From: Lobosporangium transversale
Taxonomy: Eukaryota
Direction of reading: 5' to 3'
Assembly: GCF_002105155.1 (NCBI RefSeq)
Contig: NW_019028991.1
Span: 806,001 to 847,032, forward strand
DNA: 41,032 nt
Part shown: piece by piece, positions 22,160 to 36,591 of the stretch
Layout of the letters: every line of letters begins with the position of its first letter
How positions within the stretch are numbered: the stretch's first letter is position 1
Made by a program: the position numbers and the translations under genes
Notes under the pieces: generated by a model
Seen by the model: only the letters and a program-made list of their open reading frames with translations
What the model was told of the DNA's origin: nothing
Databases searched by the model: none

Positions 22160-24605
22160 ATGAGTAGCCAGTCTACTGATCTCAACCCCGCCACTCAAAC
22201 CCTCATCACTACATTTACTACAACAGTAAAGGGTGCTACATCATCTATTATAGCAGCAGCAACAACAACGGCAACAACAGCAACAACAACAGAGTCAGCA
22301 ACGTTAGTAAAACAGAACTTGCTATGTGACTGGACCAGGACAGCAGCAAACTGTAGAGATGCAGAATTTATCCGATATATGCTTTGGGCATCATGTGCGA
22401 TGCACATCGCTGTAGGGTTTTTTGGCGTTTGGCTACTGATATACCGTAACCGTGGATTCAACCGTAAGATCGTCACAGACTTGTTCCTTCCAGTCGGGAC
22501 AGGGATTCGACCAAAGCCTGTACGTTTTTATTTTTAATTTCTTCTTGTTGCCCATTGTTTATGTGAGAAAAGACATTTGGTCCGCTCATGTATTAAAATG
22601 TTTGGGTTCACTTTTCATCACAGATGGACTGCCTCATTTTCTTCATGACAATATCTTGTCCCGTCAAAGTGGCTGGAAATTTACTTTTAATCTTTGATGT
22701 CCTTCAAGATGCCTACTGGCTTCGAATAGCTGTTGAGCAACTATATTGGTAAGTTGATGAGTGCGGTTCGTGTGCCATGTATATACTATCGCCTTTATCA
22801 TCTGCCAATCCATATCAGCTTAACTGAGTTGGCTCCATTCTCCTTTTTATTTATTTATTTAAAGGGTGTTTATTGCAATAGCATTTTCGGCTTATTTCGT
22901 AGGGCTACTGTATGCTATGCCTATCACCACGCGCCAGGGAATATTTGCTGTATACCAGCCCGAGGTGGCATATGGCGCCCGCGCGCTTCGACCTATTCAT
23001 GTCTTGACACCTTCAACTGTACAAAAAAACATCCTTCTTATTATGGGAGCTGTCTATCCATCGCTCTTTGGCGCTGGAATAGGGATTGCATCTGGCGCTC
23101 TTCGCGACCAAGGAAATGAGGAAGCATCCCATACTTTGCTCCTTATCCAATATGCAAATTGGTCCTTAATTCTTTATATCATGGCGTTCATGTTCTTTTA
23201 CTATGGCCTCAAATACACATTTATACTCAGAGCCAATATTATCATTGCGGAGAAAGCGCTCAAGGCACCACGAGCTGCATTCGGTATCGGAAACATTAGA
23301 TCTCGTTCACCGGCGCGTTTCTTGTTTATACAGCTTCAGATTACTGGCTTTGGCGGATGTGCTGTCACTGTCTTGGCGGGAACATTGTGTCTATTCTGGG
23401 TACTGTTCCAAGACAAAATCCTGGAGATGGAAAACGACCAACTGCCACATACAATTGCATTCTTCTGGACATGTGCAATGGCTGTAACTTATCTCGTTGC
23501 CATGTCATTGGTCACAGTTCAGTCGATAAGAACGCGGAGGAGAGGAATGCAGGAACCCTCCTCGAACGTGTCGAACCCATCGAATTCCCGGAATGGGCCA
23601 TCATCACGTCAAGGAAGTGGTGGCAGTGAACCCACAGTCCAGAGTAGTGGTACAGGGGGAGGGAGGGCAGGCAGCTTGAAGAAGGAGCGCCTAGACCAAA
23701 ACTTTACAAGTAAAGGGTCAATGAAATCCGACTCTGAAGCTTGCCTAACATATGGTGACTCTGAGGACGCGAATGCACATCATCCAAATATGGGATTCGA
23801 TAGATACCCAGTGGAGAGTTTTGATTTAGAAGGAGCAGCTGCTACGGCAATCGAGAGCGATCGCGATTCTTATAGAGCCCCATCCTTGACTCCACCGCCA
23901 CGACATTTGTCTATAAACACCAACAGCGCTAATGGTAATGATCCCGCCTCAAAGACATATATTATAAACATAGGTCCAGCCCCTAGCCAGATTCGTGAAT
24001 CCGTTTTTGGTGGCAGAACACCGCGTGAAGAGACCTCGACATCTTCACTCTCTCCACCTCTGTCGCCGACATCTGGAGGGTTCAATATCCCGTCATTTCC
24101 ATTAGCAATAATACGTCCCAAATCTAGGAACAGCACCCATCCTCGTCCTTCAATTAGCTCAGTTACATCTAGTGGAAGCCCATCACACCACACGACCTCT
24201 ACCACGACATTAGGAAGCTCGAATCGCTTGTCAAGGAATTCATCCTTCAAGAATAGCGGGCCTGTGTCGGTGAATCCTCCGAAGAGCCCTACTCATCAAG
24301 GGATTCGTAGACCATCCAACATAGAGCAGCAGCCACATACGCCAACGTCTCCCGCCCCTGTGTACGCTCCTCGCGAGCAGCACTCAAGGATTGAGAGACG
24401 GTTCAGCAACACGATACGAGAGCAATCGAGTTCAGATATCCATCCGATAGCAAGTACTTCTGCACCGTCTTCTCCATCAAGAGGTGGAGGGGGCGGGTAT
24501 CGAAGCCATGAAATTGGATTAGAATCAATCCAGAGCTATGCAATGCAGCAGCAACAGGAGCCGCCTGCATCTGCGTACATGCGTTCGAGCGACTTGGATG
24601 TGTAA
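22160..24605 (+). CDS. Orphan seven-transmembrane (GPCR-like) protein with long Ser/Pro-rich C-terminal tail, about 741 aa
   Basis: Exons 22160-22519, 22624-22748, 22865-24605 (2226 nt). Thr-rich N-terminus with a Cys pair, seven hydrophobic segments, basic RTRRR after TM7, then a disordered tail of roughly 350 aa. Confidence 0.8.
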
Positions 24606-25052
24606 AAAAAAAAAAAAAAAAAAAAATTGCATAAAATAAAAGTAAAAATTTGCATGTAAAATACATTATTTAGACTAGGATATTTGCCCCGAGTCCAGCA
24701 CGGATTCAAGTATCTCAATGTTTTCATGTCGTTGTGTTTTTGAAAATAATGAAGTAATGACAAGTGTAGACGCCGTCAGAGTCTTTTGCGACCAGAAATG
24801 GAGTATCCCAGCTATTCCAGCGGAAAATAAAGGTGTATAGGCTTGGCAGAGTGATGAGTTTATTGCAATATGGCAGAATGGTCTGTCAAAATAAAAAATA
24901 AAAAATTTAACCAACAGTGTGAGGAAATAGAAAATGCTTCAACAGACTTTTGACACGTTGTCATTGATGATTTGACGCTCAGTATGACAGCAAACCAGGA
25001 GGGAGGTTTACAAAGCGCACAAAAGAGGCGCAGGCGCAATAATAATGATCTT

Positions 25053-25145
25053 TTTACTGATGATGAAGGGTATATACTGTGTCTGTTCCGCCCCTGAACG
25101 CAAGGTTGATGAACTATGCCGATGTGTAACAGTGTCTGAAGTGAG
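25053..25145 (+). ncRNA. Candidate box C/D snoRNA (target not identified)
   Basis: Box C ATGATGA 25060-25066, D' CTGA 25094-25097, C' TTGATGA 25106-25112, D CTGA 25136-25139. Terminal stem TTTACT/AGTGAG (6 bp including 2 G-U) in canonical kink-turn register. Confidence 0.5.
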
Positions 25146-26798
25146 TGAAGCACTGCTCATGTAAACCCTGTCAGAGGGCACACCTTTCTCGTCATATGAA
25201 ATAATGAAAGCTCATGTTGGCAGCCCTTGCCGTTGATGTCATCCTGGATATTGAAATAGCTGCCAATTTATCCATGAATGTTAATATTACATCTGCAGAG
25301 ACATGTTTAATCATGCTGAAGTATAGTTTACATTATTTTTTGATAGTCTTAGTAGCCAAGGCAGCCATATGGCATTTGTCATCAGAGATCTATCCAATCT
25401 TCGTTCAATCGCAAAAATTTGGTTCGCACATTCAAGTGTGCTGTGACTTGACACGATCTTGTGAATACAATTGAGGGGGAAAAAAAAAAAAAAAATGAGT
25501 AGTGTTTCTCTGGTGGCACCAATCAACAGTGATTTCAGAATCTGTTGACTTGAAAGGCAAAAAAAAAATTCGTAAAAGAGGAATTTGTTTTTGTTGGTTT
25601 AAAAAAGAACTAAAAGTCCTTGTGTGGCGGTGCTTTTTTTTTTTTTTTTTTTTTTTTATCGCCACGGAGTCTTTTGTGAAGAACACATGTCTATAAAGAT
25701 AGATAAATATATATATGACAACATTGATAAATTGGACTTTCGCCACAATCAAAGGAGCCACAAGGTTTCCTACCAGTGTCTAATGACACACAGAAACGAC
25801 ATCATTTTGATGCTCTCGGGCTGAGGCATTTTTTTTTTTTATTTTTTTTCTTTCCATCTAGAAGACCTTGCCTGCGGCGTGTGTGGCTCTCATTTTTTTT
25901 TAAAAAAAAAATAATAAACCCAATTCGACCAATGATTTCAACAAGGTGATCTGGCAGGCTTCAAGTGTTTTGTGTGTCTGGTAATGTAATGTTTCGCATG
26001 TTGACATGACCCATTCTGACAGTACAGTACTCCGTGGAGAATTGAAATGTGACTTGCTTTATGTCTTTTTTTTTTTTTTTTTTTTTTTTTTTAGCTCCAA
26101 AAAGTCCAACCCCCTCTTGGTACAAAAATGGTAAAAAAAAAAAATTAAGTGGTGGCAAAATCAAAATGTAAACAATGATATGGATCCATGAGCGCACTGT
26201 CTACTCTGACAAAGAGGAATGGACAAAGAAGGCTCTTTTCCCTTGCCACCAGTTGACCAGTTGATTTACTTTTTTTCTCTATTTTCTGCTCGATCAACTT
26301 TGTGATCAAAACAGCCTTTTTTAACATTTCGATCGAGACAAAGGAAGATTAGCAAGAGAAGAAGAGAGAGTAAGAAAGTAAGAAAAGAAGAAAGAAAGAA
26401 AAAAAAAAAAAGGTTCAAAGAAAGAGATTACATTCCCAGCAGACAAATGCCAGTATACAAATTAATTATAAGGAACAGAAGAGAGAGAGAGAGAGAGAGA
26501 GAAGATGAAAAGACAGGGAGAAGATGGTCTGTAGCGGGATGAAAAGACGAATGTTTTTTACTTTCCTATTCAATATTATTAATCAGTGTTTAGTCTGCCT
26601 TGAATCGAAACCTTATCCAAATAAAGTTTTTTTTTACTGCGGCTCTTTTTTGTTTGCTTTCCTCCTTTTGTTCTTGCACTGACGAAGACTGAAGATGTCG
26701 CTTGGGGCAAAACATGGGGTATTTTATCGTTGACAATTGTGGATTTCTTTCTTTTTTTACCTCTTTTTTCTTCCCCTTGTTCTCTCTTCTCTTCTTTC

Positions 26799-26831
<33 letters not shown>

Positions 26832-26919
26832 TTACACTTTTTACACTTTCTTCTCTTTCTTCTCCTTTTACACTTTCTTCTCTTTTTTTTACTAAACACA
26901 GACGCTTTTGCTTTTAGCT

Positions 26920-27024
26920 CTTGCTTACTTTGCTACTTTGCTTACTTTGCTTACATTCTTGCCTATTCCCTCGCTCTTCACTCGCTCTCTTCACTCGCTC
27001 TCTTCACTCTTCGCTCTCTTCACC
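26920..27024. repeat. Two imperfect short tandem arrays in the 5' leader of the C2H2 gene: ~(TTGCTTACT)4 and ~(CACTCGCTCTCTT)4
   Basis: Seen directly at about 26920-26957 and 26970-27024 within a long pyrimidine-rich leader. Confidence 0.7.
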
Positions 27025-27069
27025 ATTCAGTCCCACTCCTCTCACTCGTTGACCTCTCCCTCTAAATTC

Positions 27070-28233
27070 ATGTTGTCAGACCAGTCTCTTTTCATCTCCA
27101 CTTCTGCTTCTGCTTCTGCTTCTGCTAGCCCTGCTCCTGCCACCTCTGTTCCTGTTACTACTCCTGCTTTGACCACTCTTTCTGATATTTCTGCTGCTGA
27201 ATCTGCTCTCTTCCACACTCTCTTCACCATGCCTGCTCCCATCAACACCATCAACCAGGATTTCTGTCTCTTCGATCAGGATGAGACCTCTTTTGACTAT
27301 CCGCTCTTCAATGGGCAAGTCGCTCCAAAGACTTTGAAAACTGCTCAGTCTATCAGCTCTGACTCGAACGCTGCTACCCTTAACTGCTTTAACAACCAAC
27401 TCAACACCCCACAGACCCCCTCCCTCAACTTGGTCAATGTCCAGTCGCCTGCTGGTCTCGGCTTTGACAGCTGCGCAGCTTTCCTTGAGGATTCTGTCTC
27501 TCAAAATTTGATTGATACTCCCTTTTCATCTTACATGGATACACCTTTGCTTGATACTCCTCTCGAGACTCCCTATCTCAATGACCTTATTCTCGATTCC
27601 GAATTGGATTCCAAGCTCGCTGCGAATGCCTCTGCCTTGCCGCTCTTCTCTGATTTTGGCTTGGACTTTGCTTTTACGGATGCTTATTCTGTTGAACTCA
27701 ACTCGATCTTGCCCCTTAACCCTGTTGAGGATATCTTTCCCTCGCCCTCTGTCTCGCCTACAAAGTCTGTGGTGAATGATTTCTCGGATGATGAGGATGA
27801 TGAGGACGAATTTGTTTCCTCACGCGCTGCTGCCCTTGTATCTGGATTGAAGCGTAAGGCTGACGACTCTGTACCTTCGCCAAAGAAGATTCGCGCCACC
27901 GAGGTCGCACAGGTCAAGAAGCCTGCCCCCCAAAAGCGCTTCCCTTGCAGCTTTGCTGGCTGTGATCGCCGCTTCGCTCGTCTCTTCAATCTTCACACCC
28001 ACGAGAAGACCCACGATCCCACACAAGCTCGCCCTTTCATCTGTTCCGAGGCCGATTGCCGGAAAGCCTTCTCACGCAAGCACGACCTGCAGCGTCATGA
28101 AGCGTCAGTCCACAAGGGTGAGCGCAATTTTGCCTGCACCACCTGCTATAAACCCTTCTCCCGTCAAGATGGGCTCCGTCGTCACCTCGCTGTCAAGGGC
28201 CCCTGCTCCGACAACGCCTGGCAAGCCACATGA
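27070..28233 (+). CDS. C2H2 zinc-finger transcription factor (three fingers, Crz1/Swi5-like finger array) with acidic-aromatic N-terminal region
   Basis: Intronless. First ATG at 27070, second at 27229. Basic NLS-like LKRK...PKKIR. Fingers: CSFAGCDRRFARLFNLHTHEKTH, CSEADCRKAFSRKHDLQRHEASVH, CTTCYKPFSRQDGLRRH...C. Confidence 0.9.
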   Translation: MLSDQSLFISTSASASASASPAPATSVPVTTPALTTLSDISAAESALFHTLFTMPAPINTINQDFCLFDQDETSFDYPLFNGQVAPKTLKTAQSISSDSNAATLNCFNNQLNTPQTPSLNLVNVQSPAGLGFDSCAAFLEDSVSQNLIDTPFSSYMDTPLLDTPLETPYLNDLILDSELDSKLAANASALPLFSDFGLDFAFTDAYSVELNSILPLNPVEDIFPSPSVSPTKSVVNDFSDDEDDEDEFVSSRAAALVSGLKRKADDSVPSPKKIRATEVAQVKKPAPQKRFPCSFAGCDRRFARLFNLHTHEKTHDPTQARPFICSEADCRKAFSRKHDLQRHEASVHKGERNFACTTCYKPFSRQDGLRRHLAVKGPCSDNAWQAT

Positions 28234-29325
28234 GATGAGGCCCCGGTTTGTCACTTTTAAACTACCCACAACCGACCCATCGATGGTCCCCAGATTTGAG
28301 ATCCCCGCACCAAAACTGCGTCGATTCGTCAATCTGTCTAAATCTTCTTTTTCATGATCCGTTGCTCAACAGTTTTTGACGCATGGACATCCATTTAAGG
28401 AACCTTCAACAGGATTTCCGAACCACCCGTAACCACCAGTATTTTATTCTGGCAACCTTTTTTTTTTTTTCCCCTACTTTTTTTAAGTAATCGACCATGA
28501 CTTGGAGAATTCTCTTCTCGCTGAATTGTCATCGTCCGTCTTTATTTTTTTTTTTTTTTACCATTACTTTCTGGATTTTTTTTTTTTTTTGTTGATCTTA
28601 TATTTCATTATCAAATGTTTGGATTCTTTTTTTTTTGGACTATATTCGTATATTTTATATATGTATATATTTTTTCAGTTTCATACTCTTGACTTGTCCC
28701 TTTCATTCACAAGCCAAGGTTCTTGTCTTCAAGCTGAGACAAGATCGTGAATATTTTAATGTCGACATTTCGATTTTAAGGACAAGGCCGCTTCAACAGC
28801 CGCAAAACCAACCCTTCTTTTCGAATGCTTGGTTTTTCAATTGAGGGAAACGCCCTTTTTTATTATTTTTATTATTATTATTATTATTTTTCATTTTTTT
28901 TTTTTTTTGCTGTTTTTTATCAAATCCCTATTTTACCTTTTTAGTAGCTCTTATCAGTTATCAGTGATATACATGTTAGTGTTTTTTTTTTTATTTTGTA
29001 AAAGTCTTGTCTCCCTGTTTAGTTTTTTATCTTCAGATTCCTCCTTTTTGCGACTAGTCGAAACTTGGCTTCGAACTGTGCGCGCAGAATAACAAGGTGT
29101 CCTGAAGCAAACTCTGAAATAAAGAAAGCGGAAATAAAAAAAAATTAAAAAAAAAAAAAAGTCTGCTGCCGTGACCGTGTTTCTAATTGTTGTTGTTTTT
29201 TTTTGTTCTTTTTTCTATTTCAGTCTGCTTGCGTCTTTAGCTGCTTCTTTCTCTTTTCCTCCTTCCATCACAAAACTCCCTTTTTTTTCATCTTCTCTTT
29301 TTTGATCGCCGTTGCCCAGCGCATT

Positions 29326-32131
<2,806 letters not shown>

Positions 32132-33190
32132 AAAAAAAAAAAAAAAAAAAAACAAGAAGATGAAGAAAGGATAGGAGTATATTCGATTGATCGAGGAAAA
32201 AAAAAAAAAGAAAATGAGACTGGTATGTTTGCCGACAAAGTAGACATGATGAATTGAGGGAAGCCCAACATGTGTAACTCTCAAAAAAACCAACAAATAA
32301 ATTTTTTTCGCCTGGGCAAAGGTTACTCGAAAGAGAGAAAAATAATAGTTAATAATAGTTTTGATCAAAATGTTCAAAATGTTTACAAACGCGTATATTT
32401 TTTACACCAAGAGGTTTTTTTTTTTTTATCAAACCTGTTACAATCTGCTGTGCCGAATTGAAATGATCATGAAAAAAGGAGAGAGGAAACGGATAAATTA
32501 GAGATGATGCAATAATTTTAGAGACCAAGATAAGTATTTCATCCACCTTCATTTTAGGGCAACGTGGAATCGATTCCACCGTATCTCCCTTCCGTTGCGT
32601 TCTGCGTTGGAAAGTCGAGAAAGGTCCTCTTGATATGGGCTAACTATGATAAAAAAATAAAAATAAAAATAAAAAAAAAAAAACGTTGGAATCAAACCAG
32701 ACTGCAGGCGAAACATACAAAAAAAGCAATTGGCGATTGACGTCCTATCGTATTATCGTTCTATTCAATATCCAACAGCAAAAAAAAAAAAAACTCTGCT
32801 CGCAACATGTGTAGTATGTAAAACCTTTTTGTCGTCATTGGTTGGGTTTCCCTTGATGGGTTTTTAATGTTCAGGTTCGCACAGAATAGTTTACGTATTC
32901 ACCTGTTCTCCGGCTTGATTAGAACCTCTAGCCTATGAAAGGCAAATGAAAAAGACATTGATGAAAGTGTGTTTATAAAGACTAGGTCTTTCTCTCTTTC
33001 TCGCTTTTTTTTTTTTCTTTTCATTTTTTTTTTTCTTGTCTTCTTACTTGCTTAAAGATTCTCTAACTCCTGACCTGACACAGCACTTTTACAAGCTTCT
33101 ATTTTTTTTTTTTTATCTAAACATTCAAACAAAACTAAAACCCAAAACGCAAACAAACAAACCAACAAGCTAACTAACAAAGCGGTCATA

Positions 33191-33823
33191 ATGCGTTTCG
33201 AGATCACGACCTTTACAACACTTGCACTTCTTGTTGCACCAGCATTGGCAGCCAAGACTTGGGATGTGAAGATTGACGATGGCAAGTTTTCGCCCTCGAT
33301 CCTGGATATCTCACCCGGAGACACGGTTCGCTGGCCTTTGGATGATGGCGGAGATCATGCGATTGTGGAGACCATTCCAGGGCCTCAGTCATGTACCGCA
33401 AAGTCTGGAGGATTCAATTCGGGACGAAAGACAGCAGGCCAGCCTTATCAACGTACGTTCCCGGTTCAGGGGGTGGTGAACTACAAGGATGGCATTGGAG
33501 CCAACTGTGCCAAGAACAATACGGTTGGAACCATTTATGTGGGACCTCGACCAAGTGACGCGGTGCCACCTGCACCAGTAACTTCGATCACGTCCGCGAT
33601 GAGCAGTGCCAGTGCCAGTGCCAGTGCTAGTGTTAGTAGCACTATCCAGCAGCGTACTTCAACCACTTCGATGATGCATACTAGTAGCCGTGGAGATGGT
33701 GCGAGCCACACATCCTCCATGATTGCTCCTACAAACCAACCCAGCAATGCCAATAAGTTGGTGCAAAGCTCGATCGCTTTGGGCTTTGTAGGTCTAATTG
33801 CAGCTCTTGCTGCAGCCCTTTAA
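33191..33823 (+). CDS. Secreted, probably GPI-anchored cupredoxin-fold Ser/Thr-rich protein, 210 aa
   Basis: Signal peptide ending ALA|AKT; FSPSILDISPGDTVRW...HAIVE...SC...GGFNSG pattern of fungal extracellular cupredoxins; Ser/Thr stalk; SNA omega region followed by a hydrophobic C-terminus. Confidence 0.85.
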   Translation: MRFEITTFTTLALLVAPALAAKTWDVKIDDGKFSPSILDISPGDTVRWPLDDGGDHAIVETIPGPQSCTAKSGGFNSGRKTAGQPYQRTFPVQGVVNYKDGIGANCAKNNTVGTIYVGPRPSDAVPPAPVTSITSAMSSASASASASVSSTIQQRTSTTSMMHTSSRGDGASHTSSMIAPTNQPSNANKLVQSSIALGFVGLIAALAAAL

Positions 33824-34347
33824 ACAAAAGGAGAAAGAGAAAAAAAAAAAAAAAAATAGAAAAAATAGGACAATAGATGATAAATGATCAATGTTAATAG
33901 TAATAATAATAATAATTATAATAATAAAAAGAGAAAAGGGTCCCTCTCCTTTTGCTTTTTAATTGTTCCTGAGAAGTAAGAATAAATTCAGAAATGTCAA
34001 AGTTCATTTTGGTGCATTGTCTTCTCAGTCTAGGCACAACCAAGGGCATGCAGTTGTTCATCATAGGCTTCATAGGCTGTGTCCATGTATATACCATTCA
34101 TTAGACTTTGCTGTGGTTACATGAAATACATACATGTGCATAAATACACATATAAATGTAATATCGCATGTATATGCGACGATGTCAATCTTACGTTTGG
34201 GCGAATGCTCTTTTTATATGTAAAGAGATGTAAAAAAGAATGAGAGCGAGAAGATCTATGAGAGCTTTGCATGACATTCAACGTGACCAGTAAAGTAAGT
34301 TAGACTACAGACTACAGTTACTAGTTTGCTTGGAGAAAACTCCAACC

Positions 34348-34381
<34 letters not shown>

Positions 34382-35751
34382 AGAGATGGATTTGTCACGT
34401 TTTAAGGTTAATACCCATTGGTCATGCAATTGCACCGAAAGAAAGAAAAAAGTTTGTGGGGGGCGAGAGGATGATTAGAGGCAGAAGCAACATGGAAACA
34501 ATAAAGATTGGCCTAGGATTTCTTGAGAAGGAGGGGATCACCATGGAAACTATTGTTCGTCCTGTTTTGTACTGATATATATGATCAATTACGCACACAG
34601 AGAGTTGCCGTTAAGATCCAGTTGGGGCATACATTCCACTATGAGTCCCATCTAGGATAGATGGATACGGCACACAAAGAGCGTTAATATTGCGTTGAAC
34701 GATGTAATGAATGCAATCGATATGATGGAATGGTTATTCATGGCTTCCTTTGGTTAGCATCGACAAGAGTTGCCTCAGGAGGGAGAGAATTGTGGGAAAT
34801 CAAAAAAACATTTGAAACCCACAAACAATAGTCTGTAGTCTATGAACAAACATTGGGCATGGAAGACGGACATGAGACACCATGGCCTTTGTATTTGATG
34901 CAGGACCCTTTGATTTCTGTGACAAGACTTCAGAGGCAAAAAGAGCATCTGTCACCATCCTTTGCTCATTATTTTACTGTGCGACTGGACACACAAACAC
35001 AACCACAGAGTGTCCCCCTCTTTTTTTCTTTTTTTTTTTTTTCCTTTTCCCCGTTACACTTTCTTTACTCACTTTCTCTCCCTCAACTCTACTCATTCGA
35101 TCAACAAAACTTTAGATCAATACCCTCATTCCCTTTTCTTTTTTTTTCTTCTTCTTTCTTCATTGTCTTCATTAGAATTTGTTTGATTCAAAAGAAAAAG
35201 TTCATTTGCACATAGTCCAATTTTTTTTTTTTCCCGCTCCAATTTTTTTTAGTGTTCTTTGTGTTCCTTCTTCCTTGTATAACATCTTGCACACAAGAGC
35301 AACTCATTCAGCCTTGTTCATCTCATTCTGCAACAAAAAACACGTCTTGAACTCCCTTTGTTATATAGTCCTCCGCCTCACTACCAACCTCTCATTCCCT
35401 TTCAGCTTCTTGGAACTCTTAAAGAAGAAAATAAGATCAGATATACAGAACCCAATTTTACTTTACTCCCCTCTTTTTCTACAAAAAAAAAAAAAAAAAA
35501 AAAACCAGGGTAGAGTTTCTTTCCCTGGTCCATTGTCTGTCCTCAATTCTTACCGTAACTTTCATCTCACGGAATCATCACTTTTCATCCTATCATCACC
35601 ATCCCTGCAGACAATACACGTTCTGTCTTGTTTTCCGTTCGCACAGGCTTTCCCAATAACTTTCCAACGGTAGTAATCAAAAAAATTTTCATACCGTAAA
35701 AACAAAAAAAACCACAGCAATAACGATACCAAAGATCAATCATTATCGACA

Positions 35752-36560
35752 ATGGCATACACACTATCGTCGTCCTTCACATATACGCCCGACGTGGTTG
35801 ATTTCGATGCCATGAATATCACAGAGACATTTCCAGAAGCATCCTCCTTCTCTTTCGAGTTGAGTGGAAGTTACAATCATAGTTATTCAGATTCTATCTC
35901 CGGTATCCCTTTGGCACAGCAAGCTCTCTGGGATGATGGTCAACTGTCTGTTCCTCCGACGGTCGAATCGAGTCGCATCTACCATCCATCCTCCGGACTT
36001 TCCTCACTCAATAACAGTGCAAATAATAGCATTAACCTCGGATATCCAGCATCTCGACAATTTCTTGCACCTCCAGCCGTTCATCATCCTCGTACAAGAA
36101 CACAATTTCAAGGATCACCTCTCAAAGATGAATATGCAGGTTCCGGTTCGGGTTCTGATCAGCAATCGGAAGGGTATGATGATAGTAGTCTTCAAAACAG
36201 CTGGGTCGACGATACAAGAGATCATAATGGAATTATGCTTCTGAATGACAGAGAGCATAAGGATGAACAGCACCTACTATTCCTTCAAGAGATGGCTTCA
36301 GCCAATCTAAGTCGTGGAGATAGTATCTCACTCTTTGCCAAACTTGGCGATGGTAGGTGGCGAAGAAAAATCAAAATATCCCATCAGGACTTCTCAAACT
36401 CATACCCATACCCCCTCCAAACTCTCTCATACGCTATTCGTACGACCTTTACTGCAAGGCAGAACATGACCCATTCTTGGAAAGAAAGAAAGCAAAAAAA
36501 AAAAAAAAAAAAGGGGGGAGGCGAGTGAGGGTGGGAGTCATGACTGAAAAAAGATCACAA

Positions 36561-36591
<31 letters not shown>

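Noticed and set aside
20265..22198. Many short ORFs with poly-Phe or poly-Lys (also 24403-26917, 28502-29092, 34330-35673)
   Set aside because: They arise from homopolymer and pyrimidine-rich non-coding DNA and have no domain-like content.
25090..25112. GCCCCTGAACGCAAGG resembling the U6 internal stem-loop
   Set aside because: No ACAGAGA box or AGC triad context; better explained as the D'/C' boxes of the snoRNA candidate.
28231..28260. UGA readthrough or selenocysteine at the end of the C2H2 gene
   Set aside because: Only 8 further codons, no readthrough context and no recognisable SECIS.
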